Below the pieces are notes generated by a model that saw nothing but the letters and a program-made list of their open reading frames with translations, was not told the DNA's origin and made no database searches. From NCBI GenBank assembly GCA_037446815.1, contig JBBIHX010000008.1, positions 1-44,267 on the forward strand: a DNA stretch of 44,267 nt. Direction: 5' to 3'. Every line of letters starts with the position of its first letter. The stretch's first letter is position 1. This document shows, in pieces, positions 1 through 9,868 of the stretch. The DNA comes from Caldilineae bacterium (GTDB taxonomy: Bacteria > Chloroflexota > Anaerolineae > DTLA01). The position numbers and the translations under genes are program-made.

Positions 1-2
1 GC

Positions 3-590
3 TGGCGACGGGCCAGGCCGCCCGTCATCGCCCACGTGGCCGGCGCCTCGCCCGCGGAGTTGGCCGCGTGCGCCGAGATCCTGGAGGAGGTGCGTGAGGT
101 GGCGGCGCTGGAATGGCGCGCCGATGCCCTGCCCCCCGACGAGGCCGCCGAGACCGCCGCCCGCCTCCGCGCCGCCACCGACAAGCCGCTCCTGGTGCAG
201 GTTCCGCTCTGGGACGCGGCGGCCTACGCCGAGGCGCTGGTGGGCATCGCCGACACGCTGGTGGTGGGCGCGCCGCCGCCCGGAACCGCATGGAGCGCCG
301 AGGATGGCTGGGTGCGCGGCGATACGCACGGCGCGGGGGTCTTCCCGCTGATGCTGCACGCGCTCCAGACCGTGCGGGACTGCCCTTGTCCGCTGGTGGC
401 GTTTGGCGGCATCCACACGCCCGAGCAGGCGGTGCAAGCGGTGCTCGCGGGGGCCAGTGCCGTGATGCTGGACATCGCCGTCTGTCGCACCCCCGACTTG
501 CCCTCGCAGGCGCTGGCGGCTATTATTCGGGAGATGGAGAATCGCGCGCTGGACGATGTGCGGCAACTGGTGGGCCGCGAGGCGCGCTAG
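3..590 (+). CDS. Divergent dihydroorotate dehydrogenase (PyrD class 1)-like FMN TIM-barrel protein, 5' truncated by the window edge
   Basis: Frame is open from base 3 (WRRARPPVIAHVAGASPAELAAC). PVIA..AG, KPLLV and GGIHTPEQAVQAVLAGASAV follow the PyrD pattern, but the NxSCPN catalytic loop is absent. Confidence 0.6.
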   Translation, partial: WRRARPPVIAHVAGASPAELAACAEILEEVREVAALEWRADALPPDEAAETAARLRAATDKPLLVQVPLWDAAAYAEALVGIADTLVVGAPPPGTAWSAEDGWVRGDTHGAGVFPLMLHALQTVRDCPCPLVAFGGIHTPEQAVQAVLAGASAVMLDIAVCRTPDLPSQALAAIIREMENRALDDVRQLVGREAR

Positions 591-608
591 GAAAAGCGGG
601 GAGGCCTC

Positions 609-1073
609 ATGCGCGCGGTGGTGCAACGGGTAACGCACGGCAGAGTTACGGTTGACGGCCAGACGACCGGCGAAATCGGCGCGGGGCTGGTGGTGCTGTT
701 GGGCGTCAAAGGAGGGGACACGCCGGAGGACGCCGCGAAACTGGCCGACAAGGTGGCCAATCTTCGCATCTTCAGCGACGCCGACGGCAAGTTCAACCTG
801 TCGCTCTTGGATGTGGGCGGGGCGGCGCTGGTGGTGTCGCAATTCACGCTGTACGGCGACTCGCGGAAGGGCCGCCGCCCGAGTTTCACCGATGCCGCGC
901 CGCCCGACGTAGCGGAACCCCTGGTGGCCCGCTTCTGCGAGGCGTTGCGGGGCCTGGGCATCCGCGTGGAGGAAGGGCGGTTCCAGGCCCACATGCTGGT
1001 GGAGATTCACAACGACGGGCCTGTAACCCTCATCCTGGACACCGAGGACCTGGCGCGCCCCCGCCGCTCCTAG
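609..1073 (+). CDS. dtd: D-aminoacyl-tRNA deacylase
   Basis: MRAVVQRV start, SQFTL motif, GRRPSF, NDGPVT (Gly-cisPro). GGAGG RBS upstream. Confidence 0.97.
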   Translation: MRAVVQRVTHGRVTVDGQTTGEIGAGLVVLLGVKGGDTPEDAAKLADKVANLRIFSDADGKFNLSLLDVGGAALVVSQFTLYGDSRKGRRPSFTDAAPPDVAEPLVARFCEALRGLGIRVEEGRFQAHMLVEIHNDGPVTLILDTEDLARPRRS

Positions 1074-1198
1074 GGCCTCGCCATCGCCTCGCCGACAACA
1101 TGCCACGCGCCCGCGCTTCGCTTCCCAAGTGGCTCGGCAGCCGCCATTCTTGCATCGCTCGCGATGGCGCGCGAGGAGAGCGCGCCGGCAGCGCCCGC

Positions 1199-1349
1199 GA
1201 GTCGGTTCCAAAGTCTGTTGGCATCCACCGTCATTCTGAGCGGCGAAGCCGCGAAGAATCTCGCTGACCGAGATGCTTCGCCTTCGGCTCAGCATGACAG
1301 AGTGGGGAGGCGGCGCGCGGGACAGACCAACACAGTTTGAAACCAAATC
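1199..1349. mobile_element. MITE copy A1 (23-bp imperfect TIRs, exact 8-bp TSD GCGCCCGC)
   Basis: GAGTCGGTTCCAAAGTCTGTTGG (1199-1221) and CCAACACAGTTTGAAACCAAATC (1327-1349). GCGCCCGC at 1191-1198 and 1350-1357. Internal GTCATTCTGAGC...GCTCAGCATGAC palindrome. Confidence 0.85.
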
Positions 1350-1364
1350 GCGCCCGCCCACAAT

Positions 1365-1393
1365 TTGACAGGTGGCATGCACGCGAATATAAT
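1365..1393 (+). promoter_or_regulatory. sigma70-type promoter of the ABC exporter operon
   Basis: Perfect consensus TTGACA-17 nt-TATAAT. Confidence 0.85.
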
Positions 1394-1507
1394 TAGCAAC
1401 ACTAAATACTAGCGACGCGAAACGACGACCGGACGGATTGCGCCCAGACGGGCAAGCCCCCATCCCGCCGTGTCGGCAAGGCGTCGCATGAACAAGGGAG
1501 TGGCAAC

Positions 1508-2887
1508 ATGAAGCGCAAGACCATCATCATCGTAGCCGCTGTGGTACTGGTAGTAGTCGGCGCGTTGTTTCTGGCGCGCGTCGTTGGCCGTGGGCAGAAC
1601 GCTACGGCCCAAACCGAGACGGTAACCGTGGCGCGGGGCGCTATCACCCAGGTGGTGAATGCTACGGGAAACGTGGCCCCCGCCCGCCGCGCTACGCTCT
1701 CGTTTGAACTTTCGGGCCGTGTGGCCGAGGTGCTGGTGGAAGAAGGGGAAGCCGTCAAGGAGGGCCAGCCCCTAGTGCGCCTGGACTCCGCGGACCTGGA
1801 ATTCGCGCTGCGGAGCGCCGAGGCATCGCTGCGGGCGGCCCAGGCGCGCTATGAGCAGGTCAAGGCCGGCCCCAGTTCGGAGGAGATCGCCGCGGCAGAG
1901 GCGAGCCTTGCCAGCGCCATCGCGTCGTATGAGAAGTTGAAGAAAGGCCCCACGGCCGACGAAGTCGCCATTGCCAAGGCGAACGTGGAGCGGACAGAGG
2001 CCATTCTGAAGCAAGCACAGGCCGCCTACGACCGCATCGCGTGGCGCGGAGATGCCGCCGCTTCGCCCCAGGCGCTCCAGTTGCAGCAGGCCACCATAGA
2101 TTACCAGACGGCGCTGGCCAACTACCGCTTGGCGACGGCCGGCCCCACCGAGAGCGCGCTCAAGGCTGCGGAGGCGCAGATCGCCCAGGCGCGGGCCAAC
2201 CTGGAGCGGCTGAAACGCACGCCCACGCCCGAAGACCTGGCTGTCGCCCAATCGCAGGTGGACTCGGCGCAGGTGGCCGTGGATCAGGCCCGGCGCAGGC
2301 TGGATTCGGCCGTGCTCCGCGCGCCCTTTGACGGCGTGGTGGAGAAGGTGGCCATAGACGAGGGCCAACTGGTGGCAGCAGGGACGCCGGCGGTCATCAT
2401 CGCCGATACATCGGCCTTCCACATCCAGGTGGCGGTGGACGAGATGGACGTGGCGCTGGTGCGCGAGGGGCAGGTGGCGCGCATCACGCTGGACGCGCTG
2501 CCGGATACCGAGATTATGGGGCATGTGGAGCGGATTGGCCTGGCCGGGTCGCAGGCCACGGGCGTCGTTACCTATGACGTGCGCGTGGTCATTGACCCCA
2601 CCGACGCGCCGCTGCGCGCGGGGATGAGCGCGACGCTGGACATCATCGTGGCCGAGAAGGACAACGCGCTGGTTCTGCCCAACCGCGCCATCCGCACCGA
2701 CGGCAAGACCGGCCAGCGGTATGTGGAGGTGCTTCGCGGCGGGCAGGCGGTGCGTGTGGACATCAAGCCGGGCATCCGCGACGAGCGGTACACCGAAATC
2801 CTGGAGGGCCCAGCCGAGGGCGAGACGGTCCTCATCACGACCGTGTCGTCCGGCCAGCAGTTGCGGAGCCTCTTCGGCCCGCAATGA
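1508..2887 (+). CDS. MacA/HlyD-family periplasmic adaptor (membrane fusion protein)
   Basis: N-terminal anchor, lipoyl-like halves (SGRVAEVLVEEGEAVKEGQPL; RAPFDGVV), long coiled coil, LRAGMSA. Confidence 0.9.
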   Translation: MKRKTIIIVAAVVLVVVGALFLARVVGRGQNATAQTETVTVARGAITQVVNATGNVAPARRATLSFELSGRVAEVLVEEGEAVKEGQPLVRLDSADLEFALRSAEASLRAAQARYEQVKAGPSSEEIAAAEASLASAIASYEKLKKGPTADEVAIAKANVERTEAILKQAQAAYDRIAWRGDAAASPQALQLQQATIDYQTALANYRLATAGPTESALKAAEAQIAQARANLERLKRTPTPEDLAVAQSQVDSAQVAVDQARRRLDSAVLRAPFDGVVEKVAIDEGQLVAAGTPAVIIADTSAFHIQVAVDEMDVALVREGQVARITLDALPDTEIMGHVERIGLAGSQATGVVTYDVRVVIDPTDAPLRAGMSATLDIIVAEKDNALVLPNRAIRTDGKTGQRYVEVLRGGQAVRVDIKPGIRDERYTEILEGPAEGETVLITTVSSGQQLRSLFGPQ

Positions 2888-2973
2888 TGGGCAACAGGGC
2901 GCCTTGCCCGCGGCCATCGGGCCGCAAGGGGTGAGGTCTCTCGGCCACGCCGAGCACAGGAAGGCAGCGTACT

Positions 2974-3705
2974 ATGGACAACAATGTGTTGATTGATATG
3001 ACCGATATCTGCAAGGTATACAAGATGGGCGCGGTGGAGGTGCCCGCGTTGTGCGGCGTGAGTTTGCAAATTCGCCGAGGCGAACTCATGGCCATCATGG
3101 GGCCGTCGGGGTCGGGCAAATCCACGCTGATGAACATCATCGGCTGCCTGGACCAGCCCACCAGCGGCCACTATGCCCTGGAGGGCGTGGACGTCTCGCG
3201 CCTGAGCGATGACCAATTGGCAAGCATCCGCAACAAGAAAATCGGGTTCGTGTTCCAGAACTTCAACCTGCTGCGGCGCACCAGCGCGCTGCAGAACGTG
3301 GAACTGCCACTGACGTATGCGGGCGTCTCGGGCGCGGAGCGGCGCAGGCGAGCGGTGGAGGCGCTGGAGGCGGTGGGGCTTGGGCATCGGCTGGATCACC
3401 GGCCCAGCGAACTGTCGGGCGGCGAACAGCAGCGGGTCGCCATCGCGCGAGCGCTGGTCAACGAGCCGTCCATCATCCTGGCCGACGAGCCTACTGGCAA
3501 CCTGGACACGAAATCGGGGCGCGAGATTGTGGGCATCTTCCAGCGCCTGAATCGGGATCGCGGCATCACCGTGGTGTTCGTAACCCACGACCCGGAGATC
3601 GCGCGGCACACCCGGCGCATCGTTCGCCTGCTGGATGGCAAAGTCGTGGGCGATGAGCCGGTGGCCGACATGAAACTTGCCCTGGACGCGGGAGGAGCGG
3701 GATGA
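2974..3705 (+). CDS. ABC transporter ATP-binding protein (MacB/LolD type)
   Basis: Walker A GPSGSGKS, LSGGEQQRVAIAR signature, ADEPTGNLD, VTHD. Confidence 0.95.
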   Translation: MDNNVLIDMTDICKVYKMGAVEVPALCGVSLQIRRGELMAIMGPSGSGKSTLMNIIGCLDQPTSGHYALEGVDVSRLSDDQLASIRNKKIGFVFQNFNLLRRTSALQNVELPLTYAGVSGAERRRRAVEALEAVGLGHRLDHRPSELSGGEQQRVAIARALVNEPSIILADEPTGNLDTKSGREIVGIFQRLNRDRGITVVFVTHDPEIARHTRRIVRLLDGKVVGDEPVADMKLALDAGGAG

Positions 3706-4958
3706 ACATCGCGGAAAGCGTGAAGATCGCCCTCAGGAGCCTTTCGGCCAACAAACTGCGCGCGGCGCTGACTATGCTGGGCATCATCATCGGTGTCGCG
3801 GCGGTGATTACGTTGCTTTCGGTGGGCCAGGGCGTGCAGGTCTTGGTGCAAGAGCAAATTCAGAGCATCGGCTCCAATCTGCTGTTCGTGGTGCCGGGGA
3901 ATCTGTCGGCGCAGTCCAGCGGCAACCTGCGCAGCACCATGGCGACCAGCGCCGTCAACACCCTCACCTACGGCGACGCGCAGGCCATCGCAGACCCCCA
4001 GCGCGTGCCCGACGTGCAGGCCGTGGCCGCGGAATCCTTCACCAACACGACCGTGGTGTACCGCGACCGCGGCATCCGCACATCGGTCAGCGGCACCACC
4101 GTGAACTACCCGCTGGTGCGCAACCACAAGGTGGCCGAAGGGACGTTCTTCAGCGAGGAGGAATTCAACGGCGGCTCCCGCGTGGCGGTGCTGGGCAAAT
4201 CCGCCGCCGACGCGCTATTCCCCGATGGCTACGCCGTGGGCCAGACCATCAAAATCAAGGGGATTTCGTTTCGGGTGATCGGCGTGCTGGCCAGCAAGGG
4301 AGGCACGGGGTTCGGCGGGGTGGACGACTCGGTGTTCGTGCCGCTCACCACGTTCCACACCAAACTGACGCAGCGGCGCTCGGCGTCGGGCGAGTACATC
4401 GTCTCGGCCATCTACGCCCAGGCCGTGAGCGAGAACCGCATGGAAGCGGCGATGGAGCAGATTACCCAACTGCTGCGCGACCGCCACAATATCGTGTACA
4501 CCAGCGACGACGATTTCACGGTCATCAACCAGAAGGATATCCTCAACATCTTCGGGGAAATCACGTCCATCCTGACCATCTTCCTGGGGGCCATTGCGGC
4601 GATCTCGCTCCTGGTGGGCGGAATCGGCATCATGAACATCATGCTGGTGTCGGTAACGGAGCGCACGCGGGAGATCGGCCTGCGCAAGGCCGTGGGCGCG
4701 AGGCGGCGGGATGTGCTGTGGCAGTTCCTGATTGAGGCGATGGTGTTGAGCCTGGCGGGTGGGGTCGTCGGCATCGCGTTGGGGGCGGTGGGGTCGCAGT
4801 TGGTGGGACGGCTATCGGGGTCGCTGACGCCGGTCATCACGGCGTCCACCATCCTGCTGGCGACGGGGTTCTCGGCGGCAGTGGGGCTGTTTTTCGGCAT
4901 CTACCCGGCCAGCCGCGCCGCGGCGCTGAACCCGATAGACGCGCTACGGTACGAATGA
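3702..4958 (+). CDS. ABC transporter permease (MacB/FtsX type)
   Basis: LTMLGIIIGVAAV, GGIGIMNIMLVSVTERTREIGLRKAVGA, C-terminal PIDALRYE. ATGA overlap with the ATPase. Confidence 0.95.
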   Translation: MNIAESVKIALRSLSANKLRAALTMLGIIIGVAAVITLLSVGQGVQVLVQEQIQSIGSNLLFVVPGNLSAQSSGNLRSTMATSAVNTLTYGDAQAIADPQRVPDVQAVAAESFTNTTVVYRDRGIRTSVSGTTVNYPLVRNHKVAEGTFFSEEEFNGGSRVAVLGKSAADALFPDGYAVGQTIKIKGISFRVIGVLASKGGTGFGGVDDSVFVPLTTFHTKLTQRRSASGEYIVSAIYAQAVSENRMEAAMEQITQLLRDRHNIVYTSDDDFTVINQKDILNIFGEITSILTIFLGAIAAISLLVGGIGIMNIMLVSVTERTREIGLRKAVGARRRDVLWQFLIEAMVLSLAGGVVGIALGAVGSQLVGRLSGSLTPVITASTILLATGFSAAVGLFFGIYPASRAAALNPIDALRYE

Positions 4959-4988
4959 CGTTCCCGTGGGGGAAGGACGCGCCGCGTG

Positions 4989-5618
4989 TCAGAATACCGG
5001 CGCGTCCAGCAGCCCCCGCGCCAGGAGTTCCCGCTGAAGTTGCGCGGCGGAGCGAAAGCGTATGGCCTGCATGCCTGCGGCGATGGCGGCAGCGGTGTTG
5101 CGCTCCTTGTCGTCCACCAGCAGGCATTCGGAGATGTCCACCTCGGCGATGATGGCGGTCAAGCGGAAGATGTCGGGGTCGGGTTTCCGAAGGCCCACCT
5201 CGGCGGAGATGACCACGAAGTCAAACAGGTCCAGCAGGGCCAGTTCGCTCAGGAGGGCGCGCAGGCTAACGGTGGCGTTGCTGAGCAGCCCGACCTTGTA
5301 GCGGCGGCGCAGGGCTGCGGCAAGCCGCACAACCCGCCCGTTGAGGCCCTCCAGCGGGGCGCCGCCGTGCCGCAGTTCCTCCAATCCCGCGGGCCATGGC
5401 CCTTCCCATCCGGCCTGTAGCCGCCGGAAGTACTCGTCCTCGCTGATCTTGCCGGTGGACACCAGTTCCCACGTCTCGCCGCTGAAGAAGTACCGGAACA
5501 GCGTCCCCGGCCGCAGCCCGAGCGCGCGGTCGTGTTCCGCCAGGAATCGGCGCGTGCGCCACTCGTAGGTGAAGACCGCGCCGTAGTCAAAGGCGATGGC
5601 TTTCACAACGGGGGCCAT
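4989..5618 (-). CDS. HAD-superfamily hydrolase (subfamily IA)
   Basis: Motifs IAFDYGAV, LLSNA, RKPDPDIF, LVDDKERN. Confidence 0.88.
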   Translation of the reverse strand: MAPVVKAIAFDYGAVFTYEWRTRRFLAEHDRALGLRPGTLFRYFFSGETWELVSTGKISEDEYFRRLQAGWEGPWPAGLEELRHGGAPLEGLNGRVVRLAAALRRRYKVGLLSNATVSLRALLSELALLDLFDFVVISAEVGLRKPDPDIFRLTAIIAEVDISECLLVDDKERNTAAAIAAGMQAIRFRSAAQLQRELLARGLLDAPVF

Positions 5619-5625
5619 GTCGCGT

Positions 5626-6474
5626 CTATCTCCGAATCCGGTGCACCAGCAGGGGAACCGACTGGCCGATGGGCTGAAACCCGAACCGCTGGTACAGTCG
5701 CTGCGAGACGGCGTTGCTGCGCTGGGTGTTGAGGGTGATCCACCACGCGCCTCGCTCCTGGAACAGGCGCATGGCCTCGGCCAGAAGCGCCGCGCCCACG
5801 CCGTGGCCCTGGCGGTCGGGGCGAATGGCGAGGCGGGTCAGGTGCGCGGAGCCGCCCTGAACGTCGCCGTAGGTGTACCCGATGATGCCCTCGTCCTCGG
5901 CCAGCAGGAACACGTCGGTTCCGAGCAGGGCGCGCCGCAGAACGGTCTCGCCGTAGTGCCACTCGGGGGGGAAGGCGCTCTTGTCCACGCGGGCGATGGC
6001 CTCAATGTCCCGCTCCTCGGGACGGCGAATGCGTATGGGGCCTTGCACCTCCGGGGCGGGCACGTCCGCGCCTGCTTTCAGCAGCGTTACCACCGATTCG
6101 GCGACGGTGAAATCGGCCCACAGAAGCCGCCTTGCCAGCCAGTCTTCGGTGCCGACGTAGGTCAGCAGGGATGCGTGGAGTTCGCGCAACCGTGCGATGA
6201 CCAGTTGGAGCAGGGGGGCCAGGAACGCCTCCGCGTCCTCGTCCCGCTGAAACGCCGCGCCGCAGATGTTGTAGACTTCCGCGTTCTGCTGTGAGCAGGC
6301 CAGCACCGCGCAGGCGTGCCCGCGCCTGGACGCCGTGAACAACAGGCCGTTGTCGGCGCACTCGCTCAAGTCCGACAGCCACCGACGGAGGAATCGGAGC
6401 CTCGCCTCGGCGAACAGCCGTTCCACATCAGCCACGTCGGCGGTTGTGGCGCGCTGCACAGTTCCGGCAAACAT
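5626..6474 (-). CDS. GNAT-family N-acetyltransferase (RimI-like C-terminal domain, second degenerate GNAT N-terminal)
   Basis: LAIRPDRQGHGVGAALL acetyl-CoA motif and NAVSQRLYQRFGF. Start moved to MFAGTVQ, which has GAGG upstream and lies downstream of the promoter. Confidence 0.85.
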   Translation of the reverse strand: MFAGTVQRATTADVADVERLFAEARLRFLRRWLSDLSECADNGLLFTASRRGHACAVLACSQQNAEVYNICGAAFQRDEDAEAFLAPLLQLVIARLRELHASLLTYVGTEDWLARRLLWADFTVAESVVTLLKAGADVPAPEVQGPIRIRRPEERDIEAIARVDKSAFPPEWHYGETVLRRALLGTDVFLLAEDEGIIGYTYGDVQGGSAHLTRLAIRPDRQGHGVGAALLAEAMRLFQERGAWWITLNTQRSNAVSQRLYQRFGFQPIGQSVPLLVHRIRR

Positions 6475-6505
6475 CGCTTGCCTCGGTCGTGGGATATTCA
6501 TGGGG

Positions 6506-6534
6506 ATTATGCAACGGAGCGCGGCTTGCGTCAA
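6506..6534 (-). promoter_or_regulatory. sigma70-type promoter of the GNAT-HAD genes
   Basis: Minus strand TTGACG-17 nt-CATAAT. Confidence 0.7.
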
Positions 6535-6550
6535 CCGCGAGGGGCGAACG

Positions 6551-6698
6551 GATTCGGTTCCAAAGTCTGTTGGTTTGTCATTGCGAGGGCGCGGAGCGCC
6601 CGAAGCAATCCCTGGGGCGTGGGGTTGCTTCGCTTCGCTCGCAACGACACACGAGGAGAGTGCGCCTACGGTTCACCAACACAAGATGAGACCGACTC
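6551..6698. mobile_element. MITE copy B1 (TSD GGCGAACG/GGCGAGCG, 7 of 8 match)
   Basis: GATTCGGTTCCAAAGTCTGTTGG ... CCAACACAAGATGAGACCGACTC. Internal GTCATTGCGAG...CTCGCAACGAC palindrome. Confidence 0.82.
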
Positions 6699-6704
6699 GG
6701 CGAG

Positions 6705-6828
6705 CGTGCGACGCACGTAACCCTCCCCGCGCGGGGCTAAAGCCGCCGCGCTACACAACGTGCGACGCACCTCCGAGGTGCGTCGCACGTTGCTGTCGCA
6801 TTCGCGCAGATTCGCGTTATTCGTGGAT
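6705..6828. repeat. Cluster of REP-like elements: GTAG-type hairpin (6729-6754, minus strand), 17-bp perfect palindrome (6756-6792), 9-10-mer repeat (6800-6828)
   Basis: Reverse complement GTAGCGCGGCGGCTTTAGCCCCGCGC. CAACGTGCGACGCACCT-CCG-AGGTGCGTCGCACGTTG. ATTCGCGCAG ATTCGCGTT ATTCGTGGAT. Confidence 0.75.
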
Positions 6829-6852
6829 GACGTCCCGCGCCAGGCAGGCGAA

Positions 6853-6881
6853 TTGACGTTCCCCCGCCCTGCCGATAGAAT
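6853..6881 (+). promoter_or_regulatory. sigma70-type promoter of the EamA-murF/alr-GT4 genes
   Basis: TTGACG-17 nt-TAGAAT, 34 nt before ATG 6916. Confidence 0.7.
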
Positions 6882-6915
6882 GGGGGCACGCATTACGGTG
6901 AGGGGTGAACGTCTC

Positions 6916-7287
6916 ATGTGGAAATCGCTTGCGCTTATCTTCGTTTCGGTGCTGATCGGCGTGTTCGGCCAGTTGAGCCTGAAGACGGGCATGACCCAGG
7001 TGGGCCGCATTGACGCGCAGGCCCTGGCGCAGCCGGTGCAATTGCTGGTGCGCATCTTCACCACGCCCATCATCCTGGCCGGCATCGCGCTGTACATCGT
7101 CGGCACGCTCATCTGGCTCGTCGTCCTCTCGCGGCTTGACTTGAGTTTCGCCTACCCGCTCGTGGCGACAACCTATGTGTTCACGCCGCTGCTGGCCCAT
7201 CTCCTGCTCAAGGAGCCGATTCCCGCCATGCGCTGGGTGGGGATTGCGCTCATCCTCGTCGGCGTCTACATCGTGGCCAGGGCGTGA
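6916..7287 (+). CDS. Small DMT/EamA-family membrane protein (ArnE/ArnF-like)
   Basis: 123 aa, four hydrophobic helices, GQLSLKTG, LSRLDLSFAYP, LKEPI..RWVG. Confidence 0.8.
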   Translation: MWKSLALIFVSVLIGVFGQLSLKTGMTQVGRIDAQALAQPVQLLVRIFTTPIILAGIALYIVGTLIWLVVLSRLDLSFAYPLVATTYVFTPLLAHLLLKEPIPAMRWVGIALILVGVYIVARA

Positions 7288-7315
7288 GCGGGGAAGGGAC
7301 AGCCCGGAGGCGCGC

Positions 7316-9856
7316 ATGATCCAACTGGATGACTTGCTTCAGGCGACGGGCGGGCGTGTGCACGGCCCGGTCTTCAAGCGCGAGTTTGCCGACTTCTGCT
7401 ACGACACCCGCCTGCTCCATCCAGGGGAACTGTTTCTCGCCGTCAAGACGGAGACGGGCGACGGGCACGACTACATCCTGGACGCCTGCCGCAAGGGCGC
7501 CGCGGGGGTCCTCGCCGAGCGCGAGTTTGACCTCAGCGCCGTTGAGACAACGCTTGTGGTCGTTGACAACACGCAGCAGGCGCTCACGGACTGGGCGCGC
7601 TACATCCTGCGCAAGTTCGGCACCGAGGTTGTCGGCATCACGGGCAGTTCGGGCAAGACGACGACGAAAGAGGCCATCGCCCATGTCCTGAACGCGCGGT
7701 TTCGCGTCTTCCGCAACTACGCCAACTACAACGGGCGCTACGGCCTGCCCATCGCGCTGGGCCGCCTGGAGCCGACCCACGAGATGGCGGTGCTGGAGAT
7801 GGCGTGCGACGGGTTTGACGAGATTCGCCTTCTGGCGGACCTGACCCGCCCGCGCGTCGGCGTGGTTACCACCATCAACCCCACCCACATTGAGTACCTC
7901 GGCTCGCTGGAACAGATCGCCGTTGAGAAGGGTCGTCTCGTGGAGGCGCTGCCCGAGGACGGGCACGCCATCCTGAACTGGGACGACGAGCGCGTGCGCG
8001 ACATGGCCCGGCGCACTCGGGGGCGCGTGCTGTCCTACGGCCTTGGCGCGGAGGCCGATGTGCGGGCCGAGGCGGTTGTCTCGTCGCCGGATGGGATCGC
8101 GTTCACGCTGGTGGCCCGCGGGCAACGCGTGCCGATTCGCTGTCCGCTGCTGGGTCGGCATCACGTGTACACCGCCCTGGCCGCCGCGTCGGTGGGGCTT
8201 GTGTACGGCATCGGCCTGGCCGAGATCGCCGCGCGCCTGGCCGACTTCCACCCGCAGCCGGGCCGCCTCAACCCGCTGCCGGGCAAGCGGGACTCCCTCA
8301 TCCTGGACGACTCGTACAACTCCAGCCCCGCGGCGGCGATGGCGGCGCTGGACACGCTGGCCGACTTCCCGCGCGGCTCCCGCATCGCCGTTCTGGGCGA
8401 CATGCTGCAACTAGGCGATCATGCCGAAACCTACCACCGCGAGGTGGGGCGCAAGGCGGCGGGGATTGTGGACTACCTGGTAACGCAGGGGGAGTTGGCG
8501 CGGCTCATCGCGATGGAGGCCGAGGCGGCGGGGCTGTCGGCGGATGCGGTCGCGATAACGTACACGGCGGGCGACGCGGTGGCGGCAGTGGAGAAGGCCC
8601 TGCGTCCGGGCAGCGTCGTCCTGGTGAAGGGCGCGCAGGAGTTGCGCATGGAGCAGGTGGTGGCGGCGCTCCTGGCCAAGCCCGAGACGGCGAGCCGCGT
8701 CCTGGTGCGCCAGAATTCGGCCTGGCAGCGCGTTCGGCTGGTGAGGCCGGGCCGCCCCACCTGGGTGGAGATTGACCTGGACGCCATCGCCCACAACGTC
8801 CGCCGCCTGGTGGACATCGCCGGGCCTGGCGTGGAGGTCATGGCCGTGCTAAAGGCCGACGCCTACGGCCACGGCGCGGTGAAGGTGGCGCGCACGGCCC
8901 TCAACAACGGCGCGACGTGCGTCGGCGTGGCGTGCCTGGGGGAGGCGGTGGAATTGCGGCGCGCGGGCATCACGGCGCCGATCCTCGTCCTCGGCTTTAC
9001 CCCGCCCTGGCAGGCCCGCGAGGCCGTGCTCCACGACGTGCGGGTGACGGTGTTCGCGTGGGACGTTGCCCAGGCGATCAACCGAGCCGCCGCGGACTTG
9101 CGAGACCGCGCGCGAGTGCATGTGAAGGTGGACACGGGGATGGGCCGCCTGGGGCTGATGCCGGATGAGGTGGTGCCCTTCGTGCGCGCCCTGCGCGATT
9201 TGCCTCACGTGGAGGTGGAGGGCATCTTCACCCACTTCGCCACCGCCGACTCCGCCGACCAGTCCTACGCGCGGGCGCAACTGGCAACGTTCCAACGCGT
9301 GCTGGACGCGCTGCGCGAAGCGGGGTTCACGTTCCGCTACATCCACGCGGCCAACAGCGCGGCCATGCTCAACATACCCGAATCGCGGTTCAACCTGGTG
9401 CGGCCGGGCATTGCGCTGTATGGGCTGAACCCTTCGCCGGAGGTGCCCTGCCCGCCGGATTTTCGCCGCGCTCTGTCGTTCAAGTGCCAAGTGGCGCAGG
9501 TGAAACTTCTGCCGCCTGGGTCGTGCGTGAGTTACGGGTGCACGTACCGGACGCCCGACTGGCGCAAAATCGCGGTGATTCCGGTGGGCTACGCCGACGG
9601 ATTCCGCCGCGCCCCCGCCCATTGGGGCGAGGTGCTGGTCAAGGGGCGGCGTGCGCCCATCGTGGGCCGCGTGTGCATGGATCAGACCATGATAGACGTT
9701 ACCCACATCCCCGACGTGCGCCAGGGCGACGAGGTGGTGCTCATCGGGCGGCAGGGGTCGGAGGAGATCACCGCCGATGAGGTGGCGGCGCGCCTGGGCA
9801 CCATCAACTACGAGGTGGTGTCCGAGATTCTCGCGCGCGTGCCCCGCGTGAGTTGA
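7316..9856 (+). CDS. alr: Bifunctional UDP-MurNAc-tripeptide D-Ala-D-Ala ligase / alanine racemase (MurF-Alr fusion)
   Basis: MurF half: GITGSSGKTTTKE, DDSYNSSP, LGDMLQLG. Alr half: AVLKADAYGHG (PLP Lys), KVDTGMGRLG, VSYG, GYADG, GRVCMDQ. GGAGG RBS before MIQLDD. Confidence 0.93.
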   Translation: MIQLDDLLQATGGRVHGPVFKREFADFCYDTRLLHPGELFLAVKTETGDGHDYILDACRKGAAGVLAEREFDLSAVETTLVVVDNTQQALTDWARYILRKFGTEVVGITGSSGKTTTKEAIAHVLNARFRVFRNYANYNGRYGLPIALGRLEPTHEMAVLEMACDGFDEIRLLADLTRPRVGVVTTINPTHIEYLGSLEQIAVEKGRLVEALPEDGHAILNWDDERVRDMARRTRGRVLSYGLGAEADVRAEAVVSSPDGIAFTLVARGQRVPIRCPLLGRHHVYTALAAASVGLVYGIGLAEIAARLADFHPQPGRLNPLPGKRDSLILDDSYNSSPAAAMAALDTLADFPRGSRIAVLGDMLQLGDHAETYHREVGRKAAGIVDYLVTQGELARLIAMEAEAAGLSADAVAITYTAGDAVAAVEKALRPGSVVLVKGAQELRMEQVVAALLAKPETASRVLVRQNSAWQRVRLVRPGRPTWVEIDLDAIAHNVRRLVDIAGPGVEVMAVLKADAYGHGAVKVARTALNNGATCVGVACLGEAVELRRAGITAPILVLGFTPPWQAREAVLHDVRVTVFAWDVAQAINRAAADLRDRARVHVKVDTGMGRLGLMPDEVVPFVRALRDLPHVEVEGIFTHFATADSADQSYARAQLATFQRVLDALREAGFTFRYIHAANSAAMLNIPESRFNLVRPGIALYGLNPSPEVPCPPDFRRALSFKCQVAQVKLLPPGSCVSYGCTYRTPDWRKIAVIPVGYADGFRRAPAHWGEVLVKGRRAPIVGRVCMDQTMIDVTHIPDVRQGDEVVLIGRQGSEEITADEVAARLGTINYEVVSEILARVPRVS

Positions 9857-9868
9857 GGCAGGTGCGCC

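Noticed and set aside
6551..6830. Palindromic repeats as a possible CRISPR array
   Set aside because: No regularly spaced identical repeats with unique spacers, and no cas genes.
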